64,000 nt of DNA, from positions 40,548,001 to 40,612,000 of the forward strand of contig OZ024740.1 of NCBI GenBank assembly GCA_964016885.1. The letters are read 5' to 3'. A program made the position numbers and the translations under genes. The notes under the pieces are model-generated. The model ran no database searches. It worked only from the letters and a program-made list of their open reading frames with translations, and was not told the origin of the DNA. Positions 41,101 through 58,200 of this stretch are shown here, piece by piece (the stretch's first letter is position 1; the number at the start of each line of letters is the position of its first letter). The DNA is from Eledone cirrhosa. Lineage: Eukaryota.

Positions 41101-44100
41101 CAGATAATATCTATACTACAATGAGACACAAAATGTTTATGTTATAATTACAGAAGCATGTTATTTTAAGATGAAAATGTTTAATCTGAAATTAATTTAC
41201 ATCAATGAAAAATAGAAATTCACAATCACAGAATCAAAATTTATCATACATATTAATCATGCAAGAAATGTGAAGTAAAAAAAAAATTAATTCACAAAAA
41301 CAAATATTTAGCTTATCTTTGTTGGCTTTCATGTATTTTGTGTTATATTGTTGATCACATCTGTCAAGAAACAAAATAGAGAGAAACAGACACACACACA
41401 CACACACACATACATATATATATTTTAAACATTCTTATAATGAATGTGAATTATATCTAAAATGTTAAGAATTATAACTTTCAAGTAGAAAACTGAAAAA
41501 CACTTACAGTAAACTTTCAAACTACTCCAATTCCTTAAATGAGAATAATTTAGGAGAAAAACAATCTTATAACCTACATACGTAGAAAAGAATTAGGAAA
41601 TTTGTTTTTTTCACATATCGATCAAGGACATTATATAAAATATTTACTTTAACACACCAAAAGACCAATAGTTAATAGAGAGGAAGGAAAAACATCTTAG
41701 CTTAGTGAACGGTTCTATCTGATCTCCTGTATGTCATCTTTACATCTGCTAATGATAGAAACTTACATACATAGCCAGAAAATAATAATATACTTAGAAG
41801 TCAATAATTTCACTGTTATATTGATATTATATATTATTTGGCATTCACACATACTAATAGAAAAGAATTGATCATACCGCACAATTTCAATGCTTCTATC
41901 TTCAATCCATTGGATCTTGAAAAACTGCCATTATTATTGCCTAAATATTTTGGGTAAAACAAAGCATGTTTTCCTAAGCACTGCATCTTATATATCAACT
42001 GATAAGTAAAACTTGCTACTTACAGAGTAATATTCACCTTAGTTTTGTATGCTGGAATTAAAGTGTTTACAAAACAAGCCAAAATTGATGATGTGCAACA
42101 CATGACAACTACTAATTTGTCTTGTTAATTATATATATTACCATACCAACATTCTCATTACAGTGATATTATCAAAATCTTGAAACATAAGAAAATGCTA
42201 TATACTAAATTGAAATTTCATTTCATTGTCTGAGTAAAATATTCAATTTACAGAAAATTAACCTCAGAAGTTAAGAATAAAAAATTAAAAGATTTTATTA
42301 TCTTACTGATAGTTGTATTTTCCTTTAATGTCGATCACATCTGCCAATAAATGAAACACAGAAACACACACACAAACTCATTTTTAACACAAAGTTAAGC
42401 TAGGAAACACTTGTGAGAAATATATTCAAATCTAAAGAATTATGGTTTTTATGTAGAAATTAGAATACACTTACATTAATTTTTCCAACTAGTCCAATAC
42501 CTTAAATGAATCAGTTGTAGAGACAAAAAAAAATATCCATAACCTTTACAGTTATGTATTGACAATATATTCTGTATTTACTAAACGATTACAAAACTAT
42601 GGTTTAAATATTCCTTAAACTATCAATTTAACATTTCAAAAGACCAACAGAAAATAGAAATGAAGATGTCTTATCTGATGGAAATATTCTACTTTGCCCT
42701 TTTCATGTCAGCATTATATCTGCCAAGGATAAAAAATTACACAAACACACACACATATGCAGTCAAAAAGGCTACATCAATTTTAATGCACAGAAAAGCA
42801 ATTTCATGTTATATTAAAATTGTTTATCATTTTACATTCCATGTTCAAGTTATACTGACATTCACTAAAGTTGGAAAACAGTTTCATACCAGCACAATTT
42901 CAATCTTTCTGCCTTGAATCCACATCATTTCTCTAAACACTTTCCATTTTCAGTACCTAAACCTTTTCTGTGAAACAAATAGAGCATGTTTTCCGAAACA
43001 CTACAAACTAGTTGAAAGGAAAGAATTCTTTCTTACACTACAATATTCAAATATATTATTTCAACAACAAACCTACATGTATAATATAATACATATCAAG
43101 AGTCATTCTATACAGATAATATCTATACTACAATGAGACACAAAATGTTTATGTTATAATTACAGAAGCATGTTATTTTAAGATGAAAATGTTTAATCTG
43201 AAATTAATTTACATCAATGAAAAATAGAAATTCACAATCACAGAATCAAAATTTATCATACATATTAATCATGCAAGAAATGTGAAGTAAAAAAAAAATT
43301 AATTCACAAAAACAAATATTTAGCTTATCTTTGTTGGCTTTCATGTATTTTGTGTTATATTGTTGATCACATCTGTCAAGAAACAAAATAGAGAGAAACA
43401 CACACACACACACACACACACATACATATATATATTTTAAACATTCTTATAATGAATGTGAATTATATCTAAAATGTTAAGAATTATAACTTTCAAGTAG
43501 AAAACTGAAAAACACTTACAGGAAACTTTCAAACTACTCCAATTCCTTAAATGAGAATAATTTAGGAGAAAAACAATCTTATAACCTACATACGTAGAAA
43601 AGAATTAGGAAATTTGTTTTTTTCACATATCTATCAAGGACATTATATAAAATATTTACTTTAACACACCAAAAGACCAATAGTTAATAGAGAGGAAGGA
43701 AAAACATCTTAGCTTAGTGAACGGTTCTATCTGATCTCCTGTATGTCATCTTTACATCTGCTAATGATAGAAACTTACATACATAGCCAGAAAATAATAA
43801 TATACTTAGAAGTCAATAATTTCACTGTTATATTGATATTATATATTATTTGGCATTCACACATACTAATAGAAAAGAATTGATCATACCGCACAATTTC
43901 AATGCTTCTATCTTCAATCCATTGGATCTTGAAAAACTGCCATTATTATTGCCTAAATATTTTGGGTAAAACAAAGCATGTTTTCCTAAGCACTGCATCT
44001 TATATATCAACTGATAAGTAAAACTTGCTACTTACAGAGTAATATTCACCTTAGTTTTGTATGCTGGAATTAAAGTGTTTACAAAACAAGCCAAAATTGA

Positions 44101-47100
44101 TGATGTGCAACACATGACAACTACTAATTTGTCTTGTTAATTATATATATTACCATACCAACATTCTCATTACAGTGATATTATCAAAATCTTGAAACAT
44201 AAGAAAATGCTATATACTAAATTGAAATTTCATTTCATTGTCTGAGTAAAATATTCAATTTACAGAAAATTAACCTCAGAAGTTAAGAATAAAAAATTAA
44301 AAGATTTTATTATCTTACTGATAGTTGTATTTTCCTTTAATGTCGATCACATCTGCCAATAAATGAAACACAGAAACACACACACAAACTCATTTTTAAC
44401 ACAAAGTTAAGCTAGGAAACACTTGTGAGAAATATATTCAAATCTAAAGAATTATGGTTTTTATGTAGAAATTAGAATACACTTACATTAATTTTTCCAA
44501 CTAGTCCAATACCTTAAATGAATCAGTTGTAGAGACAAAAAAAAATATCCATAACCTTTACAGTTATGTATTGACAATATATTCTGTATTTACTAAACGA
44601 TTACAAAACTATGGTTTAAATATTCCTTAAACTATCAATTTAACATTACAAAAGACCAACAGAAAATAGAAATGAAGATGTCTTATCTGATGGAAATATT
44701 CTACTTTGCCCTTTTCATGTCAGCATTATATCTGCCAAGGATAAAAAATTACACAAACACACACACATATGCAGTCAAAAAGGCTACATCAATTTTAATG
44801 CACAGAAAAGCAATTTCATGTTATATTAAAATTGTTTATCATTTTACATTCCATGTTCAAGTTATACTGACATTCACTAAAGTTGGAAAACAGTTTCATA
44901 CCAGCACAATTTCAATCTTTCTGCCTTGAATCCACATCATTTCTCTAAACACTTTCCATTTTCAGTACCTAAACCTTTTCTGTGAAACAAATAGAGCATG
45001 TTTTCCGAAACACTACAAACTAGTTGAAAGGAAAGAAATCTTTCTTACACTACAATATTCAAATATATTATTTCAACAACAAACCTACATGTATAATATA
45101 ATACATATCAAGAGTCATTCTATACAGATAATATCTATACTACAATGAGACACAAAATGTTTATGTTATAATTACAGAAGCATGTTATTTTAAGATGAAA
45201 ATGTTTAATCTGAAATTAATTTACATCAATGAAAAATAGAAATTCACAATCACAGAATCAAAATTTATCATACATATTAATCATGCAAGAAATGTGAAGT
45301 AAAAAAAAAATTAATTCACAAAAACAAATATTTAGCTTATCTTTGTTGGCTTTCATGTATTTTGTGTTATATTGTTGATCACATCTGTCAAGAAACAAAA
45401 TAGAGAGAAACAGACACACACACACACACACACATACATATATATATTTTAAACATTCTTATAATGAATGTGAATTATATCTAAAATGTTAAGAATTATA
45501 ACTTTCAAGTAGAAAACTGAAAAACACTTACAGTAAACTTTCAAACTACTCCAATTCCTTAAATGAGAATAATTTAGGAGAAAAACAATCTTATAACCTA
45601 CATACGTAGAAAAGAATTAGGAAATTTGTTTTTTTCACATATCGATCAAGGACATTATATAAAATATTTACTTTAACACACCAAAAGACCAATAGTTAAT
45701 AGAGAGGAAGGAAAAACATCTTAGCTTAGTGAACGGTTCTATCTGATCTCCTGTATGTCATCTTTACATCTGCTAATGATAGAAACTTACATACATAGCC
45801 AGAAAATAATAATATACTTAGAAGTCAATAATTTCACTGTTATATTGATATTATATATTATTTGGCATTCACACATACTAATAGAAAAGAATTGATCATA
45901 CCGCACAATTTCAATGCTTCTATCTTCAATCCATTGGATCTTGAAAAACTGCCATTATTATTGCCTAAATATTTTGGGTAAAACAAAGCATGTTTTCCTA
46001 AGCACTGCATCTTATATATCAACTGATAAGTAAAACTTGCTACTTACAGAGTAATATTCACCTTAGTTTTGTATGCTGGAATTAAAGTGTTTACAAAACA
46101 AGCCAAAATTGATGATGTGCAACACATGACAACTACTAATTTGTCTTGTTAATTATATATATTACCATACCAACATTCTCATTACAGTGATATTATCAAA
46201 ATCTTGAAACATAAGAAAATGCTATATACTAAATTGAAATTTCATTTCATTGTCTGAGTAAAATATTCAATTTACAGAAAATTAACCTCAGAAGTTAAGA
46301 ATAAAAAATTAAAAGATTTTATTATCTTACTGATAGTTGTATTTTCCTTTAATGTCGATCACATCTGCCAATAAATGAAACACAGAAACACACACACAAA
46401 CTCATTTTTAACACAAAGTTAAGCTAGGAAACACTTGTGAGAAATATATTCAAATCTAAAGAATTATGGTTTTTATGTAGAAATTAGAATACACTTACAT
46501 TAATTTTTCCAACTAGTCCAATACCTTAAATGAATCAGTTGTAGAGACAAAAAAAAATATCCATAACCTTTACAGTTATGTATTGACAATATATTCTGTA
46601 TTTACTAAACGATTACAAAACTATGGTTTAAATATTCCTTAAACTATCAATTTAACATTTCAAAAGACCAACAGAAAATAGAAATGAAGATGTCTTATCT
46701 GATGGAAATATTCTACTTTGCCCTTTTCATGTCAGCATTATATCTGCCAAGGATAAAAAATTACACAAACACACACACATATGCAGTCAAAAAGGCTACA
46801 TCAATTTTAATGCACAGAAAAGCAATTTCATGTTATATTAAAATTGTTTATCATTTTACATTCCATGTTCAAGTTATACTGACATTCACTAAAGTTGGAA
46901 AACAGTTTCATACCAGCACAATTTCAATCTTTCTGCCTTGAATCCACATCATTTCTCTAAACACTTTCCATTTTCAGTACCTAAACCTTTTCTGTGAAAC
47001 AAATAGAGCATGTTTTCCGAAACACTACAAACTAGTTGAAAGGAAAGAATTCTTTCTTACACTACAATATTAAAATATATTATTTCAACAACAAACCTAC

Positions 47101-50100
47101 ATGTATAATATAATACATATCAAGAGTCATTCTATACAGATAATATCTATACTACAATGAGACACAAAATGTTTATGTTATAATTACAGAAGCATGTTAT
47201 TTTAAGAAGAAAATGTTTAATCTGAAATTAATTTACATCAATGAAAAATAGAAATTCACAATCACAGAATCAAAATTTATCATACATATTAATCATGCAA
47301 GAAATGTGAAGTAAAAAAAAAATTAATTCACAAAAACAAATATTTAGCTTATCTTTGTTGGCTTTCATGTATTTTGTGTTATATTGTTGATCACATCTGT
47401 CAAGAAACAAAATAGAGAGAAACAGACACACACACACACACACACATACATATATATATTTTAAACATTCTTATAATGAATGTGAATTATATCTAAAATG
47501 TTAAGAATTATAACTTTCAAGTAGAAAACTGAAAAACACTTACAGTAAACTTTCAAACTACTCCAATTCCTTAAATGAGAATAATTTAGGAGAAAAACAA
47601 TCTTATAACCTACATACGTAGAAAAGAATTAGGAAATTTGTTTTTTTCACATATCGATCAAGGACATTATATAAAATATTTACTTTAACACACCAAAAGA
47701 CCAATAGTTAATAGAGAGGAAGGAAAAACATCTTAGCTTAGTGAACGGTTCTATCTGATCTCCTGTATGTCATCTTTACATCTGCTAATGATAGAAACTT
47801 ACATACATAGCCAGAAAATAATAATATACTTAGAAGTCAATAATTTCACTGTTATATTGATATTATATATTATTTGGCATTCACACATACTAATAGAAAA
47901 GAATTGATCATACCGCACAATTTCAATGCTTCTATCTTCAATCCATTGGATCTTGAAAAACTGCCATTATTATTGCCTAAATATTTTGGGTAAAACAAAG
48001 CATGTTTTCCTAAGCACTGCATCTTATATATCAACTGATAAGTAAAACTTGCTACTTACAGAGTAATATTCACCTTAGTTTTGTATGCTGGAATTAAAGT
48101 GTTTACAAAACAAGCCAAAATTGATGATGTGCAACACATGACAACTACTAATTTGTCTTGTTAATTATATATATTACCATACCAACATTCTCATTACAGT
48201 GATATTATCAAAATCTTGAAACATAAGAAAATGCTATATACTAAATTGAAATTTCATTTCATTGTCTGAGTAAAATATTCAATTTACAGAAAATTAACCT
48301 CAGAAGTTAAGAATAAAAAATTAAAAGATTTTATTATCTTACTGATAGTTGTATTTTCCTTTAATGTCGATCACATCTGCCAATAAATGAAACACAGAAA
48401 CACACACACAAACTCATTTTTAACACAAAGTTAAGCTAGGAAACACTTGTGAGAAATATATTCAAATCTAAAGAATTATGGTTTTTATGTAGAAATTAGA
48501 ATACACTTACATTAATTTTTCCAACTAGTCCAATACCTTAAATGAATCAGTTGTAGAGACAAAAAAAAATATCCATAACCTTTACAGTTATGTATTGACA
48601 ATATATTCTGTATTTACTAAACGATTACAAAACTATGGTTTAAATATTCCTTAAACTATCAATTTAACATTACAAAAGACCAACAGAAAATAGAAATGAA
48701 GATGTCTTATCTGATGGAAATATTCTACTTTGCCCTTTTCATGTCAGCATTATATCTGCCAAGGATAAAAAATTACACAAACACACACACATATGCAGTC
48801 AAAAAGGCTACATCAATTTTAATGCACAGAAAAGCAATTTCATGTTATATTAAAATTGTTTATCATTTTACATTCCATGTTCAAGTTATACTGACATTCA
48901 CTAAAGTTGGAAAACAGTTTCATACCAGCACAATTTCAATCTTTCTGCCTTGAATCCACATCATTTCTCTAAACACTTTCCATTTTCAGTACCTAAACCT
49001 TTTCTGTGAAACAAATAGAGCATGTTTTCCGAAACACTACAAACTAGTTGAAAGGAAAGAAATCTTTCTTACACTACAATATTCAAATATATTATTTCAA
49101 CAACAAACCTACATGTATAATATAATACATATCAAGAGTCATTCTATACAGATAATATCTATACTACAATGAGACACAAAATGTTTATGTTATAATTACA
49201 GAAGCATGTTATTTTAAGATGAAAATGTTTAATCTGAAATTAATTTACATCAATGAAAAATAGAAATTCACAATCACAGAATCAAAATTTATCATACATA
49301 TTAATCATGCAAGAAATGTGAAGTAAAAAAAAAATTAATTCACAAAAACAAATATTTAGCTTATCTTTGTTGGCTTTCATGTATTTTGTGTTATATTGTT
49401 GATCACATCTGTCAAGAAACAAAATAGAGAGAAACAGACACACACACACACACACACATACATATATATATTTTAAACATTCTTATAATGAATGTGAATT
49501 ATATCTAAAATGTTAAGAATTATAACTTTCAAGTAGAAAACTGAAAAACACTTACAGTAAACTTTCAAACTACTCCAATTCCTTAAATGAGAATAATTTA
49601 GGAGAAAAACAATCTTATAACCTACATACGTAGAAAAGAATTAGGAAATTTGTTTTTTTCACATATCGATCAAGGACATTATATAAAATATTTACTTTAA
49701 CACACCAAAAGACCAATAGTTAATAGAGAGGAAGGAAAAACATCTTAGCTTAGTGAACGGTTCTATCTGATCTCCTGTATGTCATCTTTACATCTGCTAA
49801 TGATAGAAACTTACATACATAGCCAGAAAATAATAATATACTTAGAAGTCAATAATTTCACTGTTATATTGATATTATATATTATTTGGCATTCACACAT
49901 ACTAATAGAAAAGAATTGATCATACCGCACAATTTCAATGCTTCTATCTTCAATCCATTGGATCTTGAAAAACTGCCATTATTATTGCCTAAATATTTTG
50001 GGTAAAACAAAGCATGTTTTCCTAAGCACTGCATCTTATATATCAACTGATAAGTAAAACTTGCTACTTACAGAGTAATATTCACCTTAGTTTTGTATGC

Positions 50101-52286
50101 TGGAATTAAAGTGTTTACAAAACAAGCCAAAATTGATGATGTGCAACACATGACAACTACTAATTTGTCTTGTTAATTATATATATTACCATACCAACAT
50201 TCTCATTACAGTGATATTATCAAAATCTTGAAACATAAGAAAATGCTATATACTAAATTGAAATTTCATTTCATTGTCTGAGTAAAATATTCAATTTACA
50301 GAAAATTAACCTCAGAAGTTAAGAATAAAAAATTAAAAGATTTTATTATCTTACTGATAGTTGTATTTTCCTTTAATGTCGATCACATCTGCCAATAAAT
50401 GAAACACAGAAACACACACACAAACTCATTTTTAACACAAAGTTAAGCTAGGAAACACTTGTGAGAAATATATTCAAATCTAAAGAATTATGGTTTTTAT
50501 GTAGAAATTAGAATACACTTACATTAATTTTTCCAACTAGTCCAATACCTTAAATGAATCAGTTGTAGAGACAAAAAAAAATATCCATAACCTTTACAGT
50601 TATGTATTGACAATATATTCTGTATTTACTAAACGATTACAAAACTATGGTTTAAATATTCCTTAAACTATCAATTTAACATTTCAAAAGACCAACAGAA
50701 AATAGAAATGAAGATGTCTTATCTGATGGAAATATTCTACTTTGCCCTTTTCATGTCAGCATTATATCTGCCAAGGATAAAAAATTACACAAACACACAC
50801 ACATATGCAGTCAAAAAGGCTACATCAATTTTAATGCACAGAAAAGCAATTTCATGTTATATTAAAATTGTTTATCATTTTACATTCCATGTTCAAGTTA
50901 TACTGACATTCACTAAAGTTGGAAAACAGTTTCATACCAGCACAATTTCAATCTTTCTGCCTTGAATCCACATCATTTCTCTAAACACTTTCCATTTTCA
51001 GTACCTAAACCTTTTCTGTGAAACAAATAGAGCAGGTTTTCCGAAACACTACAAACTAGTTGAAAGGAAAGAATTCTTTCTTACACTACAATATTCAAAT
51101 ATATTATTTCAACAACAAACCTACATGTATAATATAATACATATCAAGAGTCATTCTATACAGATAATATCTATACTACAATGAGACACAAAATGTTTAT
51201 GTTATAATTACAGAAGCATGTTATTTTAAGATGAAAATGTTTAATCTGAAATTAATTTACATCAATGAAAAATAGAAATTCACAATCACAGAATCAAAAT
51301 TTATCATACATATTAATCATGCAAGAAATGTGAAGTAAAAAAAAAATTAATTCACAAAAACAAATATTTAGCTTATCTTTGTTGGCTTTCATGTATTTTG
51401 TGTTATATTGTTGATCACATCTGTCAAGAAACAAAATAGAGAGAAACACACACACACACACACACACACATACATATATATATTTTAAACATTCTTATAA
51501 TGAATGTGAATTATATCTAAAATGTTAAGAATTATAACTTTCAAGTAGAAAACTGAAAAACACTTACAGGAAACTTTCAAACTACTCCAATTCCTTAAAT
51601 GAGAATAATTTAGGAGAAAAACAATCTTATAACCTACATACGTAGAAAAGAATTAGGAAATTTGTTTTTTTCACATATCTATCAAGGACATTATATAAAA
51701 TATTTACTTTAACACACCAAAAGACCAATAGTTAATAGAGAGGAAGGAAAAACATCTTAGCTTAGTGAACGGTTCTATCTGATCTCCTGTATGTCATCTT
51801 TACATCTGCTAATGATAGAAACTTACATACATAGCCAGAAAATAATAATATACTTAGAAGTCAATAATTTCACTGTTATATTGATATTATATATTATTTG
51901 GCATTCACACATACTAATAGAAAAGAATTGATCATACCGCACAATTTCAATGCTTCTATCTTCAATCCATTGGATCTTGAAAAACTGCCATTATTATTGC
52001 CTAAATATTTTGGGTAAAACAAAGCATGTTTTCCTAAGCACTGCATCTTATATATCAACTGATAAGTAAAACTTGCTACTTACAGAGTAATATTCACCTT
52101 AGTTTTGTATGCTGGAATTAAAGTGTTTACAAAACAAGCCAAAATTGATGATGTGCAACACATGACAACTACTAATTTGTCTTGTTAATTATATATATTA
52201 CCATACCAACATTCTCATTACAGTGATATTATCAAAATCTTGAAACATAAGAAAATGCTATATACTAAATTGAAATTTCATTTCAT
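32167..52286. repeat. Higher-order repeat block of 10 units (20,120 bp), haplotype order D-A-A-C'-A-C-A-D-A-C'
   Basis: SNP haplotypes of units 17-22 (D A A C' A C) recur in the same order in units 27-32, 20,120 bp downstream. Confidence 0.75.
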
Positions 52287-55200
52287 TGTCTGAGTAAAAT
52301 ATTCAATTTACAGAAAATTAACCTCAGAAGTTAAGAATAAAAAATTAAAAGATTTTATTATCTTACTGATAGTTGTATTTTCCTTTAATGTCGATCACAT
52401 CTGCCAATAAATGAAACACAGAAACACACACACAAACTCATTTTTAACACAAAGTTAAGCTAGGAAACACTTGTGAGAAATATATTCAAATCTAAAGAAT
52501 TATGGTTTTTATGTAGAAATTAGAATACACTTACATTAATTTTTCCAACTAGTCCAATACCTTAAATGAATCAGTTGTAGAGACAAAAAAAAATATCCAT
52601 AACCTTTACAGTTATGTATTGACAATATATTCTGTATTTACTAAACGATTACAAAACTATGGTTTAAATATTCCTTAAACTATCAATTTAACATTTCAAA
52701 AGACCAACAGAAAATAGAAATGAAGATGTCTTATCTGATGGAAATATTCTACTTTGCCCTTTTCATGTCAGCATTATATCTGCCAAGGATAAAAAATTAC
52801 ACAAACACACACACATATGCAGTCAAAAAGGCTACATCAATTTTAATGCACAGAAAAGCAATTTCATGTTATATTAAAATTGTTTATCATTTTACATTCC
52901 ATGTTCAAGTTATACTGACATTCACTAAAGTTGGAAAACAGTTTCATACCAGCACAATTTCAATCTTTCTGCCTTGAATCCACATCATTTCTCTAAACAC
53001 TTTCCATTTTCAGTACCTAAACCTTTTCTGTGAAACAAATAGAGCATGTTTTCCGAAACACTACAAACTAGTTGAAAGGAAAGAATTCTTTCTTACACTA
53101 CAATATTAAAATATATTATTTCAACAACAAACCTACATGTATAATATAATACATATCAAGAGTCATTCTATACAGATAATATCTATACTACAATGAGACA
53201 CAAAATGTTTATGTTATAATTACAGAAGCATGTTATTTTAAGAAGAAAATGTTTAATCTGAAATTAATTTACATCAATGAAAAATAGAAATTCACAATCA
53301 CAGAATCAAAATTTATCATACATATTAATCATGCAAGAAATGTGAAGTAAAAAAAAAATTAATTCACAAAAACAAATATTTAGCTTATCTTTGTTGGCTT
53401 TCATGTATTTTGTGTTATATTGTTGATCACATCTGTCAAGAAACAAAATAGAGAGAAACAGACACACACACACACACACACATACATATATATATTTTAA
53501 ACATTCTTATAATGAATGTGAATTATATCTAAAATGTTAAGAATTATAACTTTCAAGTAGAAAACTGAAAAACACTTACAGTAAACTTTCAAACTACTCC
53601 AATTCCTTAAATGAGAATAATTTAGGAGAAAAACAATCTTATAACCTACATACGTAGAAAAGAATTAGGAAATTTGTTTTTTTCACATATCGATCAAGGA
53701 CATTATATAAAATATTTACTTTAACACACCAAAAGACCAATAGTTAATAGAGAGGAAGGAAAAACATCTTAGCTTAGTGAACGGTTCTATCTGATCTCCT
53801 GTATGTCATCTTTACATCTGCTAATGATAGAAACTTACATACATAGCCAGAAAATAATAATATACTTAGAAGTCAATAATTTCACTGTTATATTGATATT
53901 ATATATTATTTGGCATTCACACATACTAATAGAAAAGAATTGATCATACCGCACAATTTCAATGCTTCTATCTTCAATCCATTGGATCTTGAAAAACTGC
54001 CATTATTATTGCCTAAATATTTTGGGTAAAACAAAGCATGTTTTCCTAAGCACTGCATCTTATATATCAACTGATAAGTAAAACTTGCTACTTACAGAGT
54101 AATATTCACCTTAGTTTTGTATGCTGGAATTAAAGTGTTTACAAAACAAGCCAAAATTGATGATGTGCAACACATGACAACTACTAATTTGTCTTGTTAA
54201 TTATATATATTACCATACCAACATTCTCATTACAGTGATATTATCAAAATCTTGAAACATAAGAAAATGCTATATACTAAATTGAAATTTCATTTCATTG
54301 TCTGAGTAAAATATTCAATTTACAGAAAATTAACCTCAGAAGTTAAGAATAAAAAATTAAAAGATTTTATTATCTTACTGATAGTTGTATTTTCCTTTAA
54401 TGTCGATCACATCTGCCAATAAATGAAACACAGAAACACACACACAAACTCATTTTTAACACAAAGTTAAGCTAGGAAACACTTGTGAGAAATATATTCA
54501 AATCTAAAGAATTATGGTTTTTATGTAGAAATTAGAATACACTTACATTAATTTTTCCAACTAGTCCAATACCTTAAATGAATCAGTTGTAGAGACAAAA
54601 AAAAATATCCATAACCTTTACAGTTATGTATTGACAATATATTCTGTATTTACTAAACGATTACAAAACTATGGTTTAAATATTCCTTAAACTATCAATT
54701 TAACATTACAAAAGACCAACAGAAAATAGAAATGAAGATGTCTTATCTGATGGAAATATTCTACTTTGCCCTTTTCATGTCAGCATTATATCTGCCAAGG
54801 ATAAAAAATTACACAAACACACACACATATGCAGTCAAAAAGGCTACATCAATTTTAATGCACAGAAAAGCAATTTCATGTTATATTAAAATTGTTTATC
54901 ATTTTACATTCCATGTTCAAGTTATACTGACATTCACTAAAGTTGGAAAACAGTTTCATACCAGCACAATTTCAATCTTTCTGCCTTGAATCCACATCAT
55001 TTCTCTAAACACTTTCCATTTTCAGTACCTAAACCTTTTCTGTGAAACAAATAGAGCATGTTTTCCGAAACACTACAAACTAGTTGAAAGGAAAGAAATC
55101 TTTCTTACACTACAATATTCAAATATATTATTTCAACAACAAACCTACATGTATAATATAATACATATCAAGAGTCATTCTATACAGATAATATCTATAC

Positions 55201-58200
55201 TACAATGAGACACAAAATGTTTATGTTATAATTACAGAAGCATGTTATTTTAAGATGAAAATGTTTAATCTGAAATTAATTTACATCAATGAAAAATAGA
55301 AATTCACAATCACAGAATCAAAATTTATCATACATATTAATCATGCAAGAAATGTGAAGTAAAAAAAAAATTAATTCACAAAAACAAATATTTAGCTTAT
55401 CTTTGTTGGCTTTCATGTATTTTGTGTTATATTGTTGATCACATCTGTCAAGAAACAAAATAGAGAGAAACAGACACACACACACACACACACATACATA
55501 TATATATTTTAAACATTCTTATAATGAATGTGAATTATATCTAAAATGTTAAGAATTATAACTTTCAAGTAGAAAACTGAAAAACACTTACAGTAAACTT
55601 TCAAACTACTCCAATTCCTTAAATGAGAATAATTTAGGAGAAAAACAATCTTATAACCTACATACGTAGAAAAGAATTAGGAAATTTGTTTTTTTCACAT
55701 ATCGATCAAGGACATTATATAAAATATTTACTTTAACACACCAAAAGACCAATAGTTAATAGAGAGGAAGGAAAAACATCTTAGCTTAGTGAACGGTTCT
55801 ATCTGATCTCCTGTATGTCATCTTTACATCTGCTAATGATAGAAACTTACATACATAGCCAGAAAATAATAATATACTTAGAAGTCAATAATTTCACTGT
55901 TATATTGATATTATATATTATTTGGCATTCACACATACTAATAGAAAAGAATTGATCATACCGCACAATTTCAATGCTTCTATCTTCAATCCATTGGATC
56001 TTGAAAAACTGCCATTATTATTGCCTAAATATTTTGGGTAAAACAAAGCATGTTTTCCTAAGCACTGCATCTTATATATCAACTGATAAGTAAAACTTGC
56101 TACTTACAGAGTAATATTCACCTTAGTTTTGTATGCTGGAATTAAAGTGTTTACAAAACAAGCCAAAATTGATGATGTGCAACACATGACAACTACTAAT
56201 TTGTCTTGTTAATTATATATATTACCATACCAACATTCTCATTACAGTGATATTATCAAAATCTTGAAACATAAGAAAATGCTATATACTAAATTGAAAT
56301 TTCATTTCATTGTCTGAGTAAAATATTCAATTTACAGAAAATTAACCTCAGAAGTTAAGAATAAAAAATTAAAAGATTTTATTATCTTACTGATAGTTGT
56401 ATTTTCCTTTAATGTCGATCACATCTGCCAATAAATGAAACACAGAAACACACACACAAACTCATTTTTAACACAAAGTTAAGCTAGGAAACACTTGTGA
56501 GAAATATATTCAAATCTAAAGAATTATGGTTTTTATGTAGAAATTAGAATACACTTACATTAATTTTTCCAACTAGTCCAATACCTTAAATGAATCAGTT
56601 GTAGAGACAAAAAAAAATATCCATAACCTTTACAGTTATGTATTGACAATATATTCTGTATTTACTAAACGATTACAAAACTATGGTTTAAATATTCCTT
56701 AAACTATCAATTTAACATTACAAAAGACCAACAGAAAATAGAAATGAAGATGTCTTATCTGATGGAAATATTCTACTTTGCCCTTTTCATGTCAGCATTA
56801 TATCTGCCAAGGATAAAAAATTACACAAACACACACACATATGCAGTCAAAAAGGCTACATCAATTTTAATGCACAGAAAAGCAATTTCATGTTATATTA
56901 AAATTGTTTATCATTTTACATTCCATGTTCAAGTTATACTGACATTCACTAAAGTTGGAAAACAGTTTCATACCAGCACAATTTCAATCTTTCTGCCTTG
57001 AATCCACATCATTTCTCTAAACACTTTCCATTTTCAGTACCTAAACCTTTTCTGTGAAACAAATAGAGCATGTTTTCCGAAACACTACAAACTAGTTGAA
57101 AGGAAAGAAATCTTTCTTACACTACAATATTCAAATATATTATTTCAACAACAAACCTACATGTATAATATAATACATATCAAGAGTCATTCTATACAGA
57201 TAATATCTATACTACAATGAGACACAAAATGTTTATGTTATAATTACAGAAGCATGTTATTTTAAGATGAAAATGTTTAATCTGAAATTAATTTACATCA
57301 ATGAAAAATAGAAATTCACAATCACAGAATCAAAATTTATCATACATATTAATCATGCAAGAAATGTGAAGTAAAAAAAAAATTAATTCACAAAAACAAA
57401 TATTTAGCTTATCTTTGTTGGCTTTCATGTATTTTGTGTTATATTGTTGATCACATCTGTCAAGAAACAAAATAGAGAGAAACAGACACACACACACACA
57501 CACACATACATATATATATTTTAAACATTCTTATAATGAATGTGAATTATATCTAAAATGTTAAGAATTATAACTTTCAAGTAGAAAACTGAAAAACACT
57601 TACAGTAAACTTTCAAACTACTCCAATTCCTTAAATGAGAATAATTTAGGAGAAAAACAATCTTATAACCTACATACGTAGAAAAGAATTAGGAAATTTG
57701 TTTTTTTCACATATCGATCAAGGACATTATATAAAATATTTACTTTAACACACCAAAAGACCAATAGTTAATAGAGAGGAAGGAAAAACATCTTAGCTTA
57801 GTGAACGGTTCTATCTGATCTCCTGTATGTCATCTTTACATCTGCTAATGATAGAAACTTACATACATAGCCAGAAAATAATAATATACTTAGAAGTCAA
57901 TAATTTCACTGTTATATTGATATTATATATTATTTGGCATTCACACATACTAATAGAAAAGAATTGATCATACCGCACAATTTCAATGCTTCTATCTTCA
58001 ATCCATTGGATCTTGAAAAACTGCCATTATTATTGCCTAAATATTTTGGGTAAAACAAAGCATGTTTTCCTAAGCACTGCATCTTATATATCAACTGATA
58101 AGTAAAACTTGCTACTTACAGAGTAATATTCACCTTAGTTTTGTATGCTGGAATTAAAGTGTTTACAAAACAAGCCAAAATTGATGATGTGCAACACATG